From the IMG/VR virus record IMGVR_UViG_2814123430_000001, positions 691-64,690 of that record: DNA of 64,000 nucleotides; one strand, written 5' to 3'. Of the stretch, positions 18,735 to 28,602 are shown one piece after another (within the stretch, counting starts at the first letter, position 1; each line of letters opens with the position of its first letter). Both the position numbers and the translations under genes were made by a program. The notes under the pieces are model-generated. The model was not told where the DNA came from and searched no databases. It worked only from the letters and a program-made list of their open reading frames with translations. The stretch comes from a virus (taxonomy: Duplodnaviria > Caudoviricetes).

Positions 18735-19301
18735 CTAGTTTGAACCGTGGTTATAAGTGCCGTTATATCGCACTTTATTGTTGTATAAGAATGCCACCGA
18801 TTTATAATCCAGCACGGCTAACGTGCATCTCGCCGGGGCAAAATTACGCAACACTTTACGCAAGTGCGCCGCTTGTTCGTTTGAGATTGGCTGATTAAGT
18901 CTGATAGCGTAATAAGCCCATTTATCACTTAACGGTATGGTCTGAACAAACTTGTGATTATAAGCCCGCGCTTTTAACCCCTCGTCAATCTCAATCTCGC
19001 CGAATCCTAACCGTCGGCAGACTTCGCGAATTGACCACGGCGTTCCTTTGTATCGGTGGAGTTCCATCGCTATGCGAATTAAGCTCCGTTTAGAGCTATC
19101 GCTACCTGCGATAAACGCCCCGTCATAACCCGTCACGCTCCATTTTTCAGCAAGCAAAGAGATAAAATCATCATCAATTAACTCGACCAGCGTTGTCATC
19201 ACCTTGCTGTTATCAATCTTATTCATGCTAAGGCTTAGGTCAGCCAACGTTTTATATTTAGTCTCTCGTTCAATTACATCTGCATACGTTAAATTAGCCA
19301 T
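18735..19301 (-). CDS. Baseplate/tail protein, P2 gpI-like
   Basis: LAEKWSV...HRYKGTPWSIR...APARC; start at MANLT. Confidence 0.8.
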   Translation of the reverse strand: MANLTYADVIERETKYKTLADLSLSMNKIDNSKVMTTLVELIDDDFISLLAEKWSVTGYDGAFIAGSDSSKRSLIRIAMELHRYKGTPWSIREVCRRLGFGEIEIDEGLKARAYNHKFVQTIPLSDKWAYYAIRLNQPISNEQAAHLRKVLRNFAPARCTLAVLDYKSVAFLYNNKVRYNGTYNHGSN

Positions 19302-20400
19302 TAGAGCGCTCCGGAGCTGCATTAATATTGATTGCAGTACAATTTGCCCATTCTGTTTCACCGACTACGATTTTTGACGGCTCAGTTAAATTAACGTCAT
19401 ACACACCTTCAACTCGAAGTGCGCTAATAATTGCCGATGGCACAACATCAACCCCGAGTTTTTTCGTTTTATCAGATAGATAAAGCTGCAACGCATCACG
19501 CGCCTTGGACTTAACCACGTCTTCACGATAACCATCGAGTAATGTTAATGTCGCGGAGATCTGATAATCTCGCTTCGTTGGCGCAATAACTTCTACCGTA
19601 TCGCACAATGGTCGACGGCGTTCAGGCCCGACATATTGCTTCACATCATTTAAAAGACGGCTGTCAGGCAATCCTGTTTTGGTTAAAACAGTGATTCGGA
19701 CAAGCCCACCGCGTGGAGTTGATACATTGACATCAGCAATATCTTGTGAGACGGCGCGGGTGTGATAATCGTACGCGGCGATTGAGCCACAACTGGTAAA
19801 TGCTTCCGGCGCAGCAAGAATTCGAGCACGGTATGGGTCATCTTCTTCGCGCAATAAACCACCACTTGGAATATCAATATTAGTGACAGTTATTTCGCCA
19901 GCGAAGTTAATTTCACTTTTAAGCGTTTTTATTCGTCCACGCTCCCATCCGTTACCCACCGTGCCAGGCTTGTTACAAGCTGCCTCAATTTCCACATAAG
20001 AAATAAGTGGGGTGATCACATCATCATTTAGCGTGACAAATTCAATGTCATCAGTGACCGAAACACGCGTGCCTTTTGGAATGACTACAGACGGATGTTC
20101 GCCGTTAATGCTAAAACGCAAAATGGTGCGCGCTGGGCGCTCGAGTAATCTATAACAGCCAAACGTTTCTCCGCATAAATCCAACGCAATGCCAGTGGCA
20201 AATTGCGGGAATGTCTGACGAAACGCTTCATTAATGCCTTGTCTCGCCAGGCTTTCTCGCATGGCATAAACATTAATAAGTAATCGCTCAATGTGCGCAG
20301 GCTGTAAGATTTTCCCGGTGCGTTTTTCATACTGCGAAATCGCTTCACTTAAAATGCTCTCAACATTGTCGTCTACGACTTTCACTTCATATCTATTCAT
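19294..20400 (-). CDS. Baseplate J-like protein
   Basis: QFATGIALD, EEDDPYRARI, AGS..AYDYH-type motifs. Confidence 0.88.
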   Translation of the reverse strand: MNRYEVKVVDDNVESILSEAISQYEKRTGKILQPAHIERLLINVYAMRESLARQGINEAFRQTFPQFATGIALDLCGETFGCYRLLERPARTILRFSINGEHPSVVIPKGTRVSVTDDIEFVTLNDDVITPLISYVEIEAACNKPGTVGNGWERGRIKTLKSEINFAGEITVTNIDIPSGGLLREEDDPYRARILAAPEAFTSCGSIAAYDYHTRAVSQDIADVNVSTPRGGLVRITVLTKTGLPDSRLLNDVKQYVGPERRRPLCDTVEVIAPTKRDYQISATLTLLDGYREDVVKSKARDALQLYLSDKTKKLGVDVVPSAIISALRVEGVYDVNLTEPSKIVVGETEWANCTAININAAPERSNG

Positions 20401-20762
20401 CCGGTAATCCTCGTGGCGTAAATTTCACGATGCACGTCTTCGGCAAGCGACCAAAAAATTAAAAACTCAAAGTGCGGGGCAGTCCCTTCTACATTGACCG
20501 AGTCAACATTAATTCTTTTCTCCCAGCGCTGAAGTGCTAACGTAACCTCGCGCACGATGTTTGGGATTGCAATATCTTCCGGCTGGTCGATATATTGAAA
20601 GTGATCACTGCCAAATTCAGGTCGCAACACATCCGTCCCTTTCATTGTTGAAAGGATGTGGTCAATGCATTGATGGATGTCATCAATACCTTGCACAACT
20701 TGATTTTCAATGTTTGGTGCAAGCTGCCAGTGTGTTGTGATAAGGGTGCTTTGTGTGTTCAT
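20397..20762 (-). CDS. Baseplate wedge protein W / gp25 family
   Basis: DIHQCI..IL.T.KG....RPEFGS...WEKR. Confidence 0.88.
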   Translation of the reverse strand: MNTQSTLITTHWQLAPNIENQVVQGIDDIHQCIDHILSTMKGTDVLRPEFGSDHFQYIDQPEDIAIPNIVREVTLALQRWEKRINVDSVNVEGTAPHFEFLIFWSLAEDVHREIYATRITG

Positions 20763-20769
20763 AGCCTTG

Positions 20770-20814
20770 ATGATACAAGGCTATGGTGAAGAGTGCTTTT
20801 AAAGCGATTTAAAG
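20770..20814 (-). promoter_or_regulatory. Activator-dependent late promoter (W operon)
   Basis: CTTTAAA-N4-TTTAAAA dyad, 21 bp, TATCAT -10. Confidence 0.65.
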
Positions 20815-20821
20815 AAGTGGG

Positions 20822-21370
20822 CTATTCAGGAATGCTTGTTTTACCACCGGAGTCGCCAGTGTGTTTGTGAGTACCAAGCTCAATAGATCCTTGTTTAACT
20901 TTTGGTGCAGATACTTCAGTGCTGGACGTAATTTTTCCTGACACTGCTAGATTCCCGCTAATTGACGTATCAGCATTGATTTTCACACCGCCTCCCGCTG
21001 TCACGGTAACGCTTCCGCTTGTATTGATATTAATCTCGCCAGATTTACGATTGTGCGAAATCACCGTGCCGTTTGTGAATTTTTTTACCCACATGTTGCT
21101 ATCATTCGCTGGCGTGGTGTCTTTCTCGTTGTAAATTGCCCCCAATACGCAGCCTCCTTCCCCGCGTGCATCAAGTAACAATGCCACCAATTCGCCAACA
21201 TCAGGCAGACAATAAAACTGATTCCCGCCAGCATTAGGGGTTAAATAAGACAACCAGGCTGTTTCTAAATCTTCAAGCGTGGGAATTTTGCACCGCACTT
21301 TATGGCTCGCGGCATCAACTGCAGAAATAATGCCTTCTTGATAAGTTGCCCCAAAGTCATGCGTTTTCAT
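20822..21370 (-). CDS. Baseplate assembly protein V (spike)
   Basis: OB-fold N-terminus, PDVGELV, C-terminal HKH metal motif. Confidence 0.88.
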   Translation of the reverse strand: MKTHDFGATYQEGIISAVDAASHKVRCKIPTLEDLETAWLSYLTPNAGGNQFYCLPDVGELVALLLDARGEGGCVLGAIYNEKDTTPANDSNMWVKKFTNGTVISHNRKSGEININTSGSVTVTAGGGVKINADTSISGNLAVSGKITSSTEVSAPKVKQGSIELGTHKHTGDSGGKTSIPE

Positions 21371-22441
21371 TTATTCCCCCGTTTGATTTTCTGTTAGTGC
21401 GCCAGTGCTAAGTAAATCATCCGGGATAAACTCTAACATGCGCACTTCAATACTTGTGATATAGCCGCCATTCCGGGTAATGCTATGCCGGGATGACTTT
21501 ATCAAATATTTTCCGCTAAAAATGCCAAGATTGCGTAGCAATATTGTGCTGCCGGCCACGAGCTTAGGATTGCCGACCAGCGTGATATTTCCCGCTGTTT
21601 GGTCGTCGTTTTGCTCAGCCAACGCAGCATCAGCACGTGCATCAATTTGCTCCTGGGTTTCCCCACGGGTGACAATCTTCAACGTGTCCCCGCTTGCCGC
21701 CTGGGCTTGTTTCATCTTTTCGCGCAGCGGCTTTGCTTTTTTGCGCTTTTTGATGACTTTTTTACCAGTAGCGTCGTATCCGCTCACATCAACTTCCTTG
21801 GCAGTATCCTTGATTCTATCGCGCAACGTAATAGATATCGTATCTCGCTCTTCAAGCGCCGCCACGGCTTCTTCTTTGCCTAGCTCGTCTTTATCCGTGA
21901 ACACAAGCTGATCACCCACTATCTTAAAGCTGTGATGATATTCTCTAGCTAATCTTGCCAAAAACTCAACATCGCGCTCTTGATATTGCGTCACCCGCTT
22001 CACCGGAATGGACTTAATTGTCCCGACTACTTTTAACTTTAATTTTTCGGCAATAATGCTAACTATTTGCTTGAGCGTTGTGTTTTCATAGGCTTTAGGC
22101 TTTAACGTGCGATTCGCTTTTCCAATGCCTGTACTCAACGCCTTGATTTGAATATACGAAGGTCGGTAGTTATATTCCACTTCGTCAATTTCAAACGCAC
22201 CAATATCGGCAAGCAACGTCCCCTTGTAACCAATGGCCGCCTTTAATTTATCCCCTTGCGTTGGATACCACTGGCGCACCCATTTCCCGCTAATATCCTC
22301 AAACGTTATCGTCAGCTCGTCTGACTCGCCCTCAAGGTTATCGGTGTAGGCAAGCTCAATTAAGTGGGGTTCAATATCAGCGGTAATATTGGTTTTTTCG
22401 TATAAAATAGAAAAGTCAGGGGTTGGCACGTTACTATTCAT
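21371..22441 (-). CDS. Late control D family / baseplate hub protein
   Basis: TDNLEGESDELTI, QYQERDVEFLARLA. Confidence 0.85.
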   Translation of the reverse strand: MNSNVPTPDFSILYEKTNITADIEPHLIELAYTDNLEGESDELTITFEDISGKWVRQWYPTQGDKLKAAIGYKGTLLADIGAFEIDEVEYNYRPSYIQIKALSTGIGKANRTLKPKAYENTTLKQIVSIIAEKLKLKVVGTIKSIPVKRVTQYQERDVEFLARLAREYHHSFKIVGDQLVFTDKDELGKEEAVAALEERDTISITLRDRIKDTAKEVDVSGYDATGKKVIKKRKKAKPLREKMKQAQAASGDTLKIVTRGETQEQIDARADAALAEQNDDQTAGNITLVGNPKLVAGSTILLRNLGIFSGKYLIKSSRHSITRNGGYITSIEVRMLEFIPDDLLSTGALTENQTGE

Positions 22442-22667
22442 TATTACCTCTCAACCACGGCGGCATTGATTCATTATTTGTAGGCTTAATATTTAGCACC
22501 GGAATATAAACTGTTGCCCCTGTTGGCAGCACTTCGCACAAACCCATGTGCGGATTGGCATTAATAATGCGTTCAAAGTCCAATGCGTTGCCATAATAGT
22601 AATAGGCAAGGTTATCCCAACGCTCGCCTTGTTTTACGGTATGTTTAAGTACGGTCTGTTGTGTCAT
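22434..22667 (-). CDS. Tail protein X (LysM-like)
   Basis: HTVKQGERWDNLAYYYYG...ANP...PPW. Confidence 0.85.
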   Translation of the reverse strand: MTQQTVLKHTVKQGERWDNLAYYYYGNALDFERIINANPHMGLCEVLPTGATVYIPVLNIKPTNNESMPPWLRGNNE

Positions 22668-23586
22668 CAATTACGTCCTCATCTTTGCGTAAAACGACCC
22701 AGGCGGTCATTTCTGCCACAGGTGCTGCTGCGTTATCAACCCGCTCATTAATATTGTCCAGCGCGCTATCTGCGGGCTTAAACCAGTTATTCCAATCCGC
22801 GCCGCCGGATTGTTTTCCTAGCGTTAGACTATCTTTCATAGACATTAAATCTTCATAAATACCCGCACTTTCCCGGGCTAAATCACTCGCCGCTGGCAGC
22901 ACTTTATGTACGCCTTCCAGCAAATCTCTCATCCCGGTAAGCTCACCAAAATTACCAATCGCCCCGTCAAGATTTTTTAAAATACCAGGCAAATATGCCA
23001 ACGCGGCAGCCGGGTCATCAGATAGCTGGCGAACAACGGCCACGGTATCTCTAACGCTGTCAATAATTTGTCGGCCTTGGTTAAATAACTCCGCACCTTT
23101 TTGCACGGTTTCTTTTACCTGGGATAACGCCTTTACCGCACCCGCTGGCAAAATAGATCCGAGCAAGGAGTTTCCACCAATATTTAATGCAGCACCCAAA
23201 GGGTTCTCTTCAATATCGCCTACAAATTCACGCAAGCTAATATTCATCTCGCGGCATAGGGCGTTCCCGAGCTTATCTGTAAACAAGGTGACTGATGATA
23301 TATCGGTGATCACAAAATTGCCTTTATACTTACCGCGGCCAATAATCAATGGCTGCGCGGCTTGTTTTGATTTTGCCCCCAACAACTCCTGGTAGCGGCG
23401 CTCAACCCCGCCAAGCGTATGATGCAAGCGAATTGCAAAATTAAGCTCGGTGAGCTTCTCGCCCATAGCTTGCAAGCGGGGTTTTCCTTTTAAGACTGCA
23501 TGCTCGGCAAAATCTGCGGCGTGGGTTTCGCTAAAATCAGTTAAATCAACAGGCTCAAATGCCACACTTCCTAACATAAAGTACAT
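22645..23586 (-). CDS. Tail protein, P2 gpU-like with C-terminal extension
   Basis: FAEHAVLKGKPRLQAMG..L N-terminus. Confidence 0.75.
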   Translation of the reverse strand: MYFMLGSVAFEPVDLTDFSETHAADFAEHAVLKGKPRLQAMGEKLTELNFAIRLHHTLGGVERRYQELLGAKSKQAAQPLIIGRGKYKGNFVITDISSVTLFTDKLGNALCREMNISLREFVGDIEENPLGAALNIGGNSLLGSILPAGAVKALSQVKETVQKGAELFNQGRQIIDSVRDTVAVVRQLSDDPAAALAYLPGILKNLDGAIGNFGELTGMRDLLEGVHKVLPAASDLARESAGIYEDLMSMKDSLTLGKQSGGADWNNWFKPADSALDNINERVDNAAAPVAEMTAWVVLRKDEDVIDDTTDRT

Positions 23587-25865
23587 TAATATGCTCTCCG
23601 TTGTTGTTGGTCTAACACGCGCTTCAACATCATTTCAAACTCGCTTAAACTCATCTTTAAGCCTTGTTGAACCTGGTTTAAAACGCCGTTTCCGTCACTA
23701 TTTGAGCCGCCATTGACGTTGATTGTCGGGTTAAAATTAACCACCACACTATTGGCCGCCCCGGTGGTTTGCGGCATGATATCCGCGCGATTGAGCGGCT
23801 GATAATTGGCAAGAACGCCTGTGTTATGGGTCACACCATTTAACCCCACAGCCCCAGCAAGGTTATCTGACGCGGCTTCTGCGATGGATGTTGATTTATC
23901 CATCCCAATCGCGAGTCCCTCTACAACATTCACGCCATAGCCTTTAAAAACTCGGCTTGGCGAATGAATACCCAGCTTCTCAGCGAACCACCCCTTAATG
24001 CCGTCGCCTAAATCTGAAACGATTTTTTTCGCTTCTTCCCAGGCGTTTTTAATACCGTTCACTAATCCGTCTATCATATTTCGGCCAAAATCCATAAACT
24101 TAGCCGGCACATCAATTCCAAACCAGGAAAGCACTGAAGAAAAGACTTGCTGAAATAAAGCCAATGGCGACCAGCTTAGAATGGTCGATGTGATATTGCC
24201 GATGCCGGATGTGAAGAAATTGCTGATATTTGTCCAGGCAGTTGAGCAGAAATTTGTGATACCGTTCCAGGCGTTAGAAAATACCCCGGAAACCTTGCTC
24301 CACAATTCAGAGAACCATGGCCCAACTTTCGACCAATTCTCATAAATCAAATACGCTGCAACCGCAATCCCCGTAATGATTAACCCGATTGGATTGGTAA
24401 GCAAAGCGCGACTCATAATTAAGATCGCTTTCCCAAACATCATCGCGCCCTTTATCACGTAGCCTATTAAATAACCAAGCCCAAGTGACAGGTTGCTGAT
24501 TGCTGAAAATAAAAATTTCCCTAAGAAGCCGCCCAGGAATTTCCCCGCTTTAATAAACGGCAATAATCCAGCCGCCACAAAAGAAAACGCTGAGTGAAGC
24601 GTTAATAAGCCGCCCACAACAGCCGCAACACCGCCACCAATCGTCAAGACCCAGTCCATAATTTGCGGGTTAGTTTCCACCCATTTTGTGATGCTATAAA
24701 TGACTGGGGTAATATTTTCAACAAATGATGAAATCACCGGCAAAAACGCCGCGCCAATTTTGGTCGCCAATTCTGAAATGCTGTTTTTTAACTTGGTGAG
24801 TTTGTTTTCTGCTGTATTACTCCGGTTCTCAAACTCGCGCTGCATTGAACCGATATATTTTAACTTCCCATGCTCATCGGTTTCTTGTAATAACCCTAAC
24901 TGGCGGTTATATTCCCCGGTGTTTTGCGCGAGCATCAATACATCGTCGGCATATTGTTTTCCGAATATCTTGGCAAGAAGCGGATATTGCTTGTCATCAG
25001 GCATCTGTTTCACCTTTTCGATGAAAGAAGAAATCGCCCCTTGCGCATCTTTATTCATCGCTGCGGCGAAGCTTTTTGTCGTAAACCCTAGCTGTTTTAA
25101 CTCTTTTGCATGCTCGCCAGCTTTAAGTTGTAAAAACGCTGCTGACATACCTTTTACTGATTGCGCGGCAAGCTCGGGCGCTTTCCCCATTGAAAGGAAG
25201 GTAGATCCTAGCGCGGCTGATTGTTTTTCTGAAAGCCCAAGCATTCGTGTATCAGAGCCGGCACGCGTAATGACATTTACAATATCTTTCGCTTTCGAGT
25301 TGGCGTTATCGGATAGGTGGTTAATCACATCCCCAAATTGCGCCATCTCTGTTATTGGCTTGCCCAACACGTTAGCCATGGTTGCCATCGCTTCACCCGC
25401 ATCACCAGCTGCCATATCAAACGCCACGCCCATTGTGGCCGCGTCCTTAGCGTATCCGAGCAGATTTTCACGCGCCACGCCGGATTGACCGCCCGCTGCA
25501 ACGATAGCGGCAAGTTCTTCCCCAGCCATTGGGATTGTGCGAGTGAGTTTTAGAATATCGTCGCCCATTTCTTTGAATTGAGCAGGGGTGTCAAAGTTCA
25601 CGACCTTTTTAACATCGGCCATTGCGCTTTCAAATTTAATTGCGGGGTCGGCTAGTCCGCGAATAGTCCCCATAGTGGCTGTAACGGATGACGCCAGTGC
25701 TGTAAACCCGGCCACTCCAGTTTTAGCCAATGCGCCCATTTTTTTAGACGTACTAAGGCTTTGGTCTTGCAATATTTTAAAACTATTGCAAACAGAACGG
25801 ATGCCCTTAACTGCACCTGTCACGCCGGCGGTAATGACTAATCCTATTGCTAGATTGTTTGACAT
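23586..25865 (-). CDS. Tape measure protein (Mu element; TP901-like core)
   Basis: FESAMADVKKV..., GLVNGI...LGIHSPSRVF. Confidence 0.9.
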   Translation of the reverse strand: MSNNLAIGLVITAGVTGAVKGIRSVCNSFKILQDQSLSTSKKMGALAKTGVAGFTALASSVTATMGTIRGLADPAIKFESAMADVKKVVNFDTPAQFKEMGDDILKLTRTIPMAGEELAAIVAAGGQSGVARENLLGYAKDAATMGVAFDMAAGDAGEAMATMANVLGKPITEMAQFGDVINHLSDNANSKAKDIVNVITRAGSDTRMLGLSEKQSAALGSTFLSMGKAPELAAQSVKGMSAAFLQLKAGEHAKELKQLGFTTKSFAAAMNKDAQGAISSFIEKVKQMPDDKQYPLLAKIFGKQYADDVLMLAQNTGEYNRQLGLLQETDEHGKLKYIGSMQREFENRSNTAENKLTKLKNSISELATKIGAAFLPVISSFVENITPVIYSITKWVETNPQIMDWVLTIGGGVAAVVGGLLTLHSAFSFVAAGLLPFIKAGKFLGGFLGKFLFSAISNLSLGLGYLIGYVIKGAMMFGKAILIMSRALLTNPIGLIITGIAVAAYLIYENWSKVGPWFSELWSKVSGVFSNAWNGITNFCSTAWTNISNFFTSGIGNITSTILSWSPLALFQQVFSSVLSWFGIDVPAKFMDFGRNMIDGLVNGIKNAWEEAKKIVSDLGDGIKGWFAEKLGIHSPSRVFKGYGVNVVEGLAIGMDKSTSIAEAASDNLAGAVGLNGVTHNTGVLANYQPLNRADIMPQTTGAANSVVVNFNPTINVNGGSNSDGNGVLNQVQQGLKMSLSEFEMMLKRVLDQQQRRAY

Positions 25866-25901
25866 GTTTTATAGTCCTGTTTAATTAATAAGGAGGAAGA
25901 A

Positions 25902-26162
25902 ATGACAAGAGAAAAATGGGTGGAAAACACACAGGCTGTTTTATTGCTTGCACTTGTTTTAAGTTATCTCGGCAGCCTTTATCATTTTTTAGTTTTTTAT
26001 TCAGAAAGTAACTCGCTCTCATGGATTTCCGTTTGCGTATCTGCTTTTTTATTTGCACTACCGTGGATATTGGTCGGCTTCCTGGTGATGTTTTCGTGTA
26101 GAGTTATTATCATCTCGCTTTTTGGCTTATTCACCACGCTTCAAACCCTACTTAAACACTAA
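25902..26162 (+). CDS. Small membrane protein (moron, opposite strand)
   Basis: 86 aa, strongly hydrophobic, AGGAGG SD, ends at bidirectional hairpin. Confidence 0.7.
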   Translation: MTREKWVENTQAVLLLALVLSYLGSLYHFLVFYSESNSLSWISVCVSAFLFALPWILVGFLVMFSCRVIIISLFGLFTTLQTLLKH

Positions 26163-26164
26163 AC

Positions 26165-26190
26165 AAAAAGCCGCTTAAATAGCGGCTTTT
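26165..26190. terminator. Bidirectional terminator
   Basis: AAAAAGCCGCT-TAAAT-AGCGGCTTTT. Confidence 0.75.
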
Positions 26191-26578
26191 GTGTACCTTG
26201 CTTTTATCTGCCGCTCCGCTTGAATAATCCAACGTTCCACTTCATCAAGCGTCATCTCTTCCAGCTCGCTTGGCTGGAATCCAAACCAAAAGGCCAAGTC
26301 GGCCAGGGCTGCATTAAGGCTTTCCGCGACTACTTTCCCTTTTGCATTTTCTCAACAATTTTTGATGCTGCTTGGAAGTCGGCAATATCAAGCTCGTCAA
26401 TATCTTCAGGCACTAAGCCTGTGACGATTGCAAGCAAACTCACCGCCATTTCGGTTTCGGTTTTACCTGTCATTTTGCGAATATCGCGCACTTTCGGACG
26501 GCGAATTTTTAACTCGGTGATGGTATTTCCTTGTCCGTCAGGGAATGGAAACTCTAATTTAAGAATGGTTTCAGACAT
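26175..26578 (-). CDS. Tail assembly chaperone gpE and -1 frameshift product gpE+E'
   Basis: Zero frame 26330-26578; GGGAAAG at 26333-26339; -1 frame reads ...ADLAFWFGFQPSELEEMTLDEVERW... to stop at 26175. Confidence 0.85.
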
Positions 26579-26621
26579 AAAAAAACTCCTTTGTGAGTAG
26601 ATTTGTTTAACTTCACAAAGG

Positions 26622-26666
26622 AGAATACAACTTTGACCGGTTGAATGATTTTAAATAGATTTAAAG
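26622..26666 (-). promoter_or_regulatory. Activator-dependent late promoter (chaperone/tape measure operon)
   Basis: CTTTAAA-N4-TTTAAAA dyad, 21 bp, TATTCT -10. Confidence 0.65.
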
Positions 26667-26678
26667 GTTTTCACCCCT

Positions 26679-27197
26679 TTATTGACCGATATTAGTGCGG
26701 TATTTTTGCAACACATCTTGGCCGTTTACACGGTAGATATTTGCAAGCACGTCAATAAATAAGATCTCTTTGCCGGCTACGGTCTGTTTGATTGAATAAA
26801 CATCTACCGTATCACCAAACTCTGAATTCTCTTTATTTTTCTGCGCCGTACCACCAATTTTGCTGGCTGACACATTCATAATGGTCACCATCGGCTCTTC
26901 TGCAGCCAACCCGCGTGAATCAAACACCTGGAGGTTTGAGCGGATCATTAGCTGTGAATTTTTATAAGGGTTCAACAACAACGCGCGCACTTCCGGGTAA
27001 AAGCTATCCCAGGTGATTTCTGCTTCGAGCGCAGTAGTGCCGGCCGGAAGTTTAATTTCTCCATGCAGCCCTAAGCCTTTATGGGAAATTTTTTCAAACT
27101 CAACATCTGGAATTTTCACCTCATTCGCACGCCCCATTTGACTGTTACCGTTAATGTACACGTTGCCGTTGACGATTTGATTAATAGAAATACTCAT
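26679..27197 (-). CDS. Major tail tube protein (P2 FII-like)
   Basis: NVYING....GRANEVKIP...; position after sheath. Confidence 0.85.
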   Translation of the reverse strand: MSISINQIVNGNVYINGNSQMGRANEVKIPDVEFEKISHKGLGLHGEIKLPAGTTALEAEITWDSFYPEVRALLLNPYKNSQLMIRSNLQVFDSRGLAAEEPMVTIMNVSASKIGGTAQKNKENSEFGDTVDVYSIKQTVAGKEILFIDVLANIYRVNGQDVLQKYRTNIGQ

Positions 27198-27210
27198 CGG
27201 TTTTTACTCC

Positions 27211-28593
27211 TTAGCGTTGTGAAACTAAATTCACTAAGTATTTACGGGTCATGACGGACTTGTTCGAAATCAATTCCGCTGGAAGTTTAGGGGTGTAGTC
27301 ATAAACTAACGGCACGTGACCTTTGCTGAATTCATCAACTAAATCAGTGTCATAATCAAGACTTACGCTGTAGCCCACAATACTCGGAAGCGCACGCAAA
27401 TAGGTATCTACCGTTTCAAGTAAGCTGTCAATTAATGCATCATCGATTGGACGGTCAATGAATTGCAACTCTGTGCGGCGGATGCTTTCATCAATTAAGT
27501 CTCCGGTGCGAAGCGCGGTTTCAAAGTTGATGATATGCGTTACGGTCGGATAATTTGATGAGCGGTTACCCCATAATCTGAAACCTGTACCGAAGCTGTT
27601 GAAAATGGTTGTAATGCCTACCGCATTTAACTGGTTGGTCTCTGATTGTTCATCATCAACGCGCGCAGTAAGCGGAATCTCCATGCCAATCACCCCTTGT
27701 AATGGGCGGTTTGATGTCGAGAACCAGTACCCGTTTTCGGTATCGGTTTTCATTCGCAAGCCAGCCGCATGCACCGCAAGGCTTTCCAACGTATTGCTTG
27801 AGCCGATAGCATAAGGGAAGAAGTGACGCGCACGCTCGGTGCTTGCAGACGCGTTAATTGTACCCAATGGGCCACGGCCTTTGATTGCATCAGAAAGACT
27901 TGTGCCTTTTGGTAATTGCACATAAGCCACCGCTTTCAACTGTTCTGCGAGCGTTGTTAAAGCCGCCGCACAGCTTGCTGTTTTATCAAACTCAGGGCAG
28001 ATTAAAATCTTCGCGTCAGCACCGTATAGGTTAAAGCCATCGCGCAATAACTCAAATCCTTTGCGTTTACCGGTTGCAGAATCAATGCCACCTTTGATGT
28101 CGTCTTCCGTTACTTTTGTTGGGTCGGCGTATTCATAGGTCGCTTTTAAGGTTTCGTGTTTTGCTTTTAATGTAATTTCACCTGTTTGCAAATCTACCGC
28201 ATAGTCTTGACCGAGTGTCAATGGGCGATCAGTGCTTAAGGTTAAATTTAAAAGGCCAGGGTGAGCTGTTTTAGCGCGCAAAGTGTTAGCGTCTTGCTTT
28301 AATGCTTCATCGGTAACGCTTGTTTTGTGTTTTGCTGGGTCTAAAACATTGACCACATACACTTTACCCGCTGAATAGCGCGATAAAACATCAAACGCGT
28401 CAGGCAGCGTAAAGCCCTTGCCTAAGATTACGCCAAATTTTGAAAAATCTTTGGTCGTTTGACACACTGTCAATTCATTCACCGCGCCGGTAGGTGCTGT
28501 ACCAACGATACCAATAATTGCACCGTCGACAGTTTCCACCGCAACAGAACCACCTGCTACGCGAATTGTTTTCGTCCCGTGATGGAATGCCAT
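27211..28593 (-). CDS. Tail sheath protein (P2 FI-like)
   Basis: MAFHHG, AIIGIVGTAP, GFRLWGNRS motifs. Confidence 0.92.
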   Translation of the reverse strand: MAFHHGTKTIRVAGGSVAVETVDGAIIGIVGTAPTGAVNELTVCQTTKDFSKFGVILGKGFTLPDAFDVLSRYSAGKVYVVNVLDPAKHKTSVTDEALKQDANTLRAKTAHPGLLNLTLSTDRPLTLGQDYAVDLQTGEITLKAKHETLKATYEYADPTKVTEDDIKGGIDSATGKRKGFELLRDGFNLYGADAKILICPEFDKTASCAAALTTLAEQLKAVAYVQLPKGTSLSDAIKGRGPLGTINASASTERARHFFPYAIGSSNTLESLAVHAAGLRMKTDTENGYWFSTSNRPLQGVIGMEIPLTARVDDEQSETNQLNAVGITTIFNSFGTGFRLWGNRSSNYPTVTHIINFETALRTGDLIDESIRRTELQFIDRPIDDALIDSLLETVDTYLRALPSIVGYSVSLDYDTDLVDEFSKGHVPLVYDYTPKLPAELISNKSVMTRKYLVNLVSQR

Positions 28594-28602
28594 AATTTTC
28601 TC

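Noticed and set aside
24700-25488. Long + strand ORFs opposite tape-measure and other structural genes (also 9161-9769, 2370-2849, 30913-31428)
   Set aside because: Antisense shadows of strongly supported minus-strand genes, with no SD or recognisable motifs
25859-25887. Promoter for the + strand membrane moron
   Set aside because: TTGACA is present but there is no good -10 at 16-18 bp, and the start site would cut into the SD
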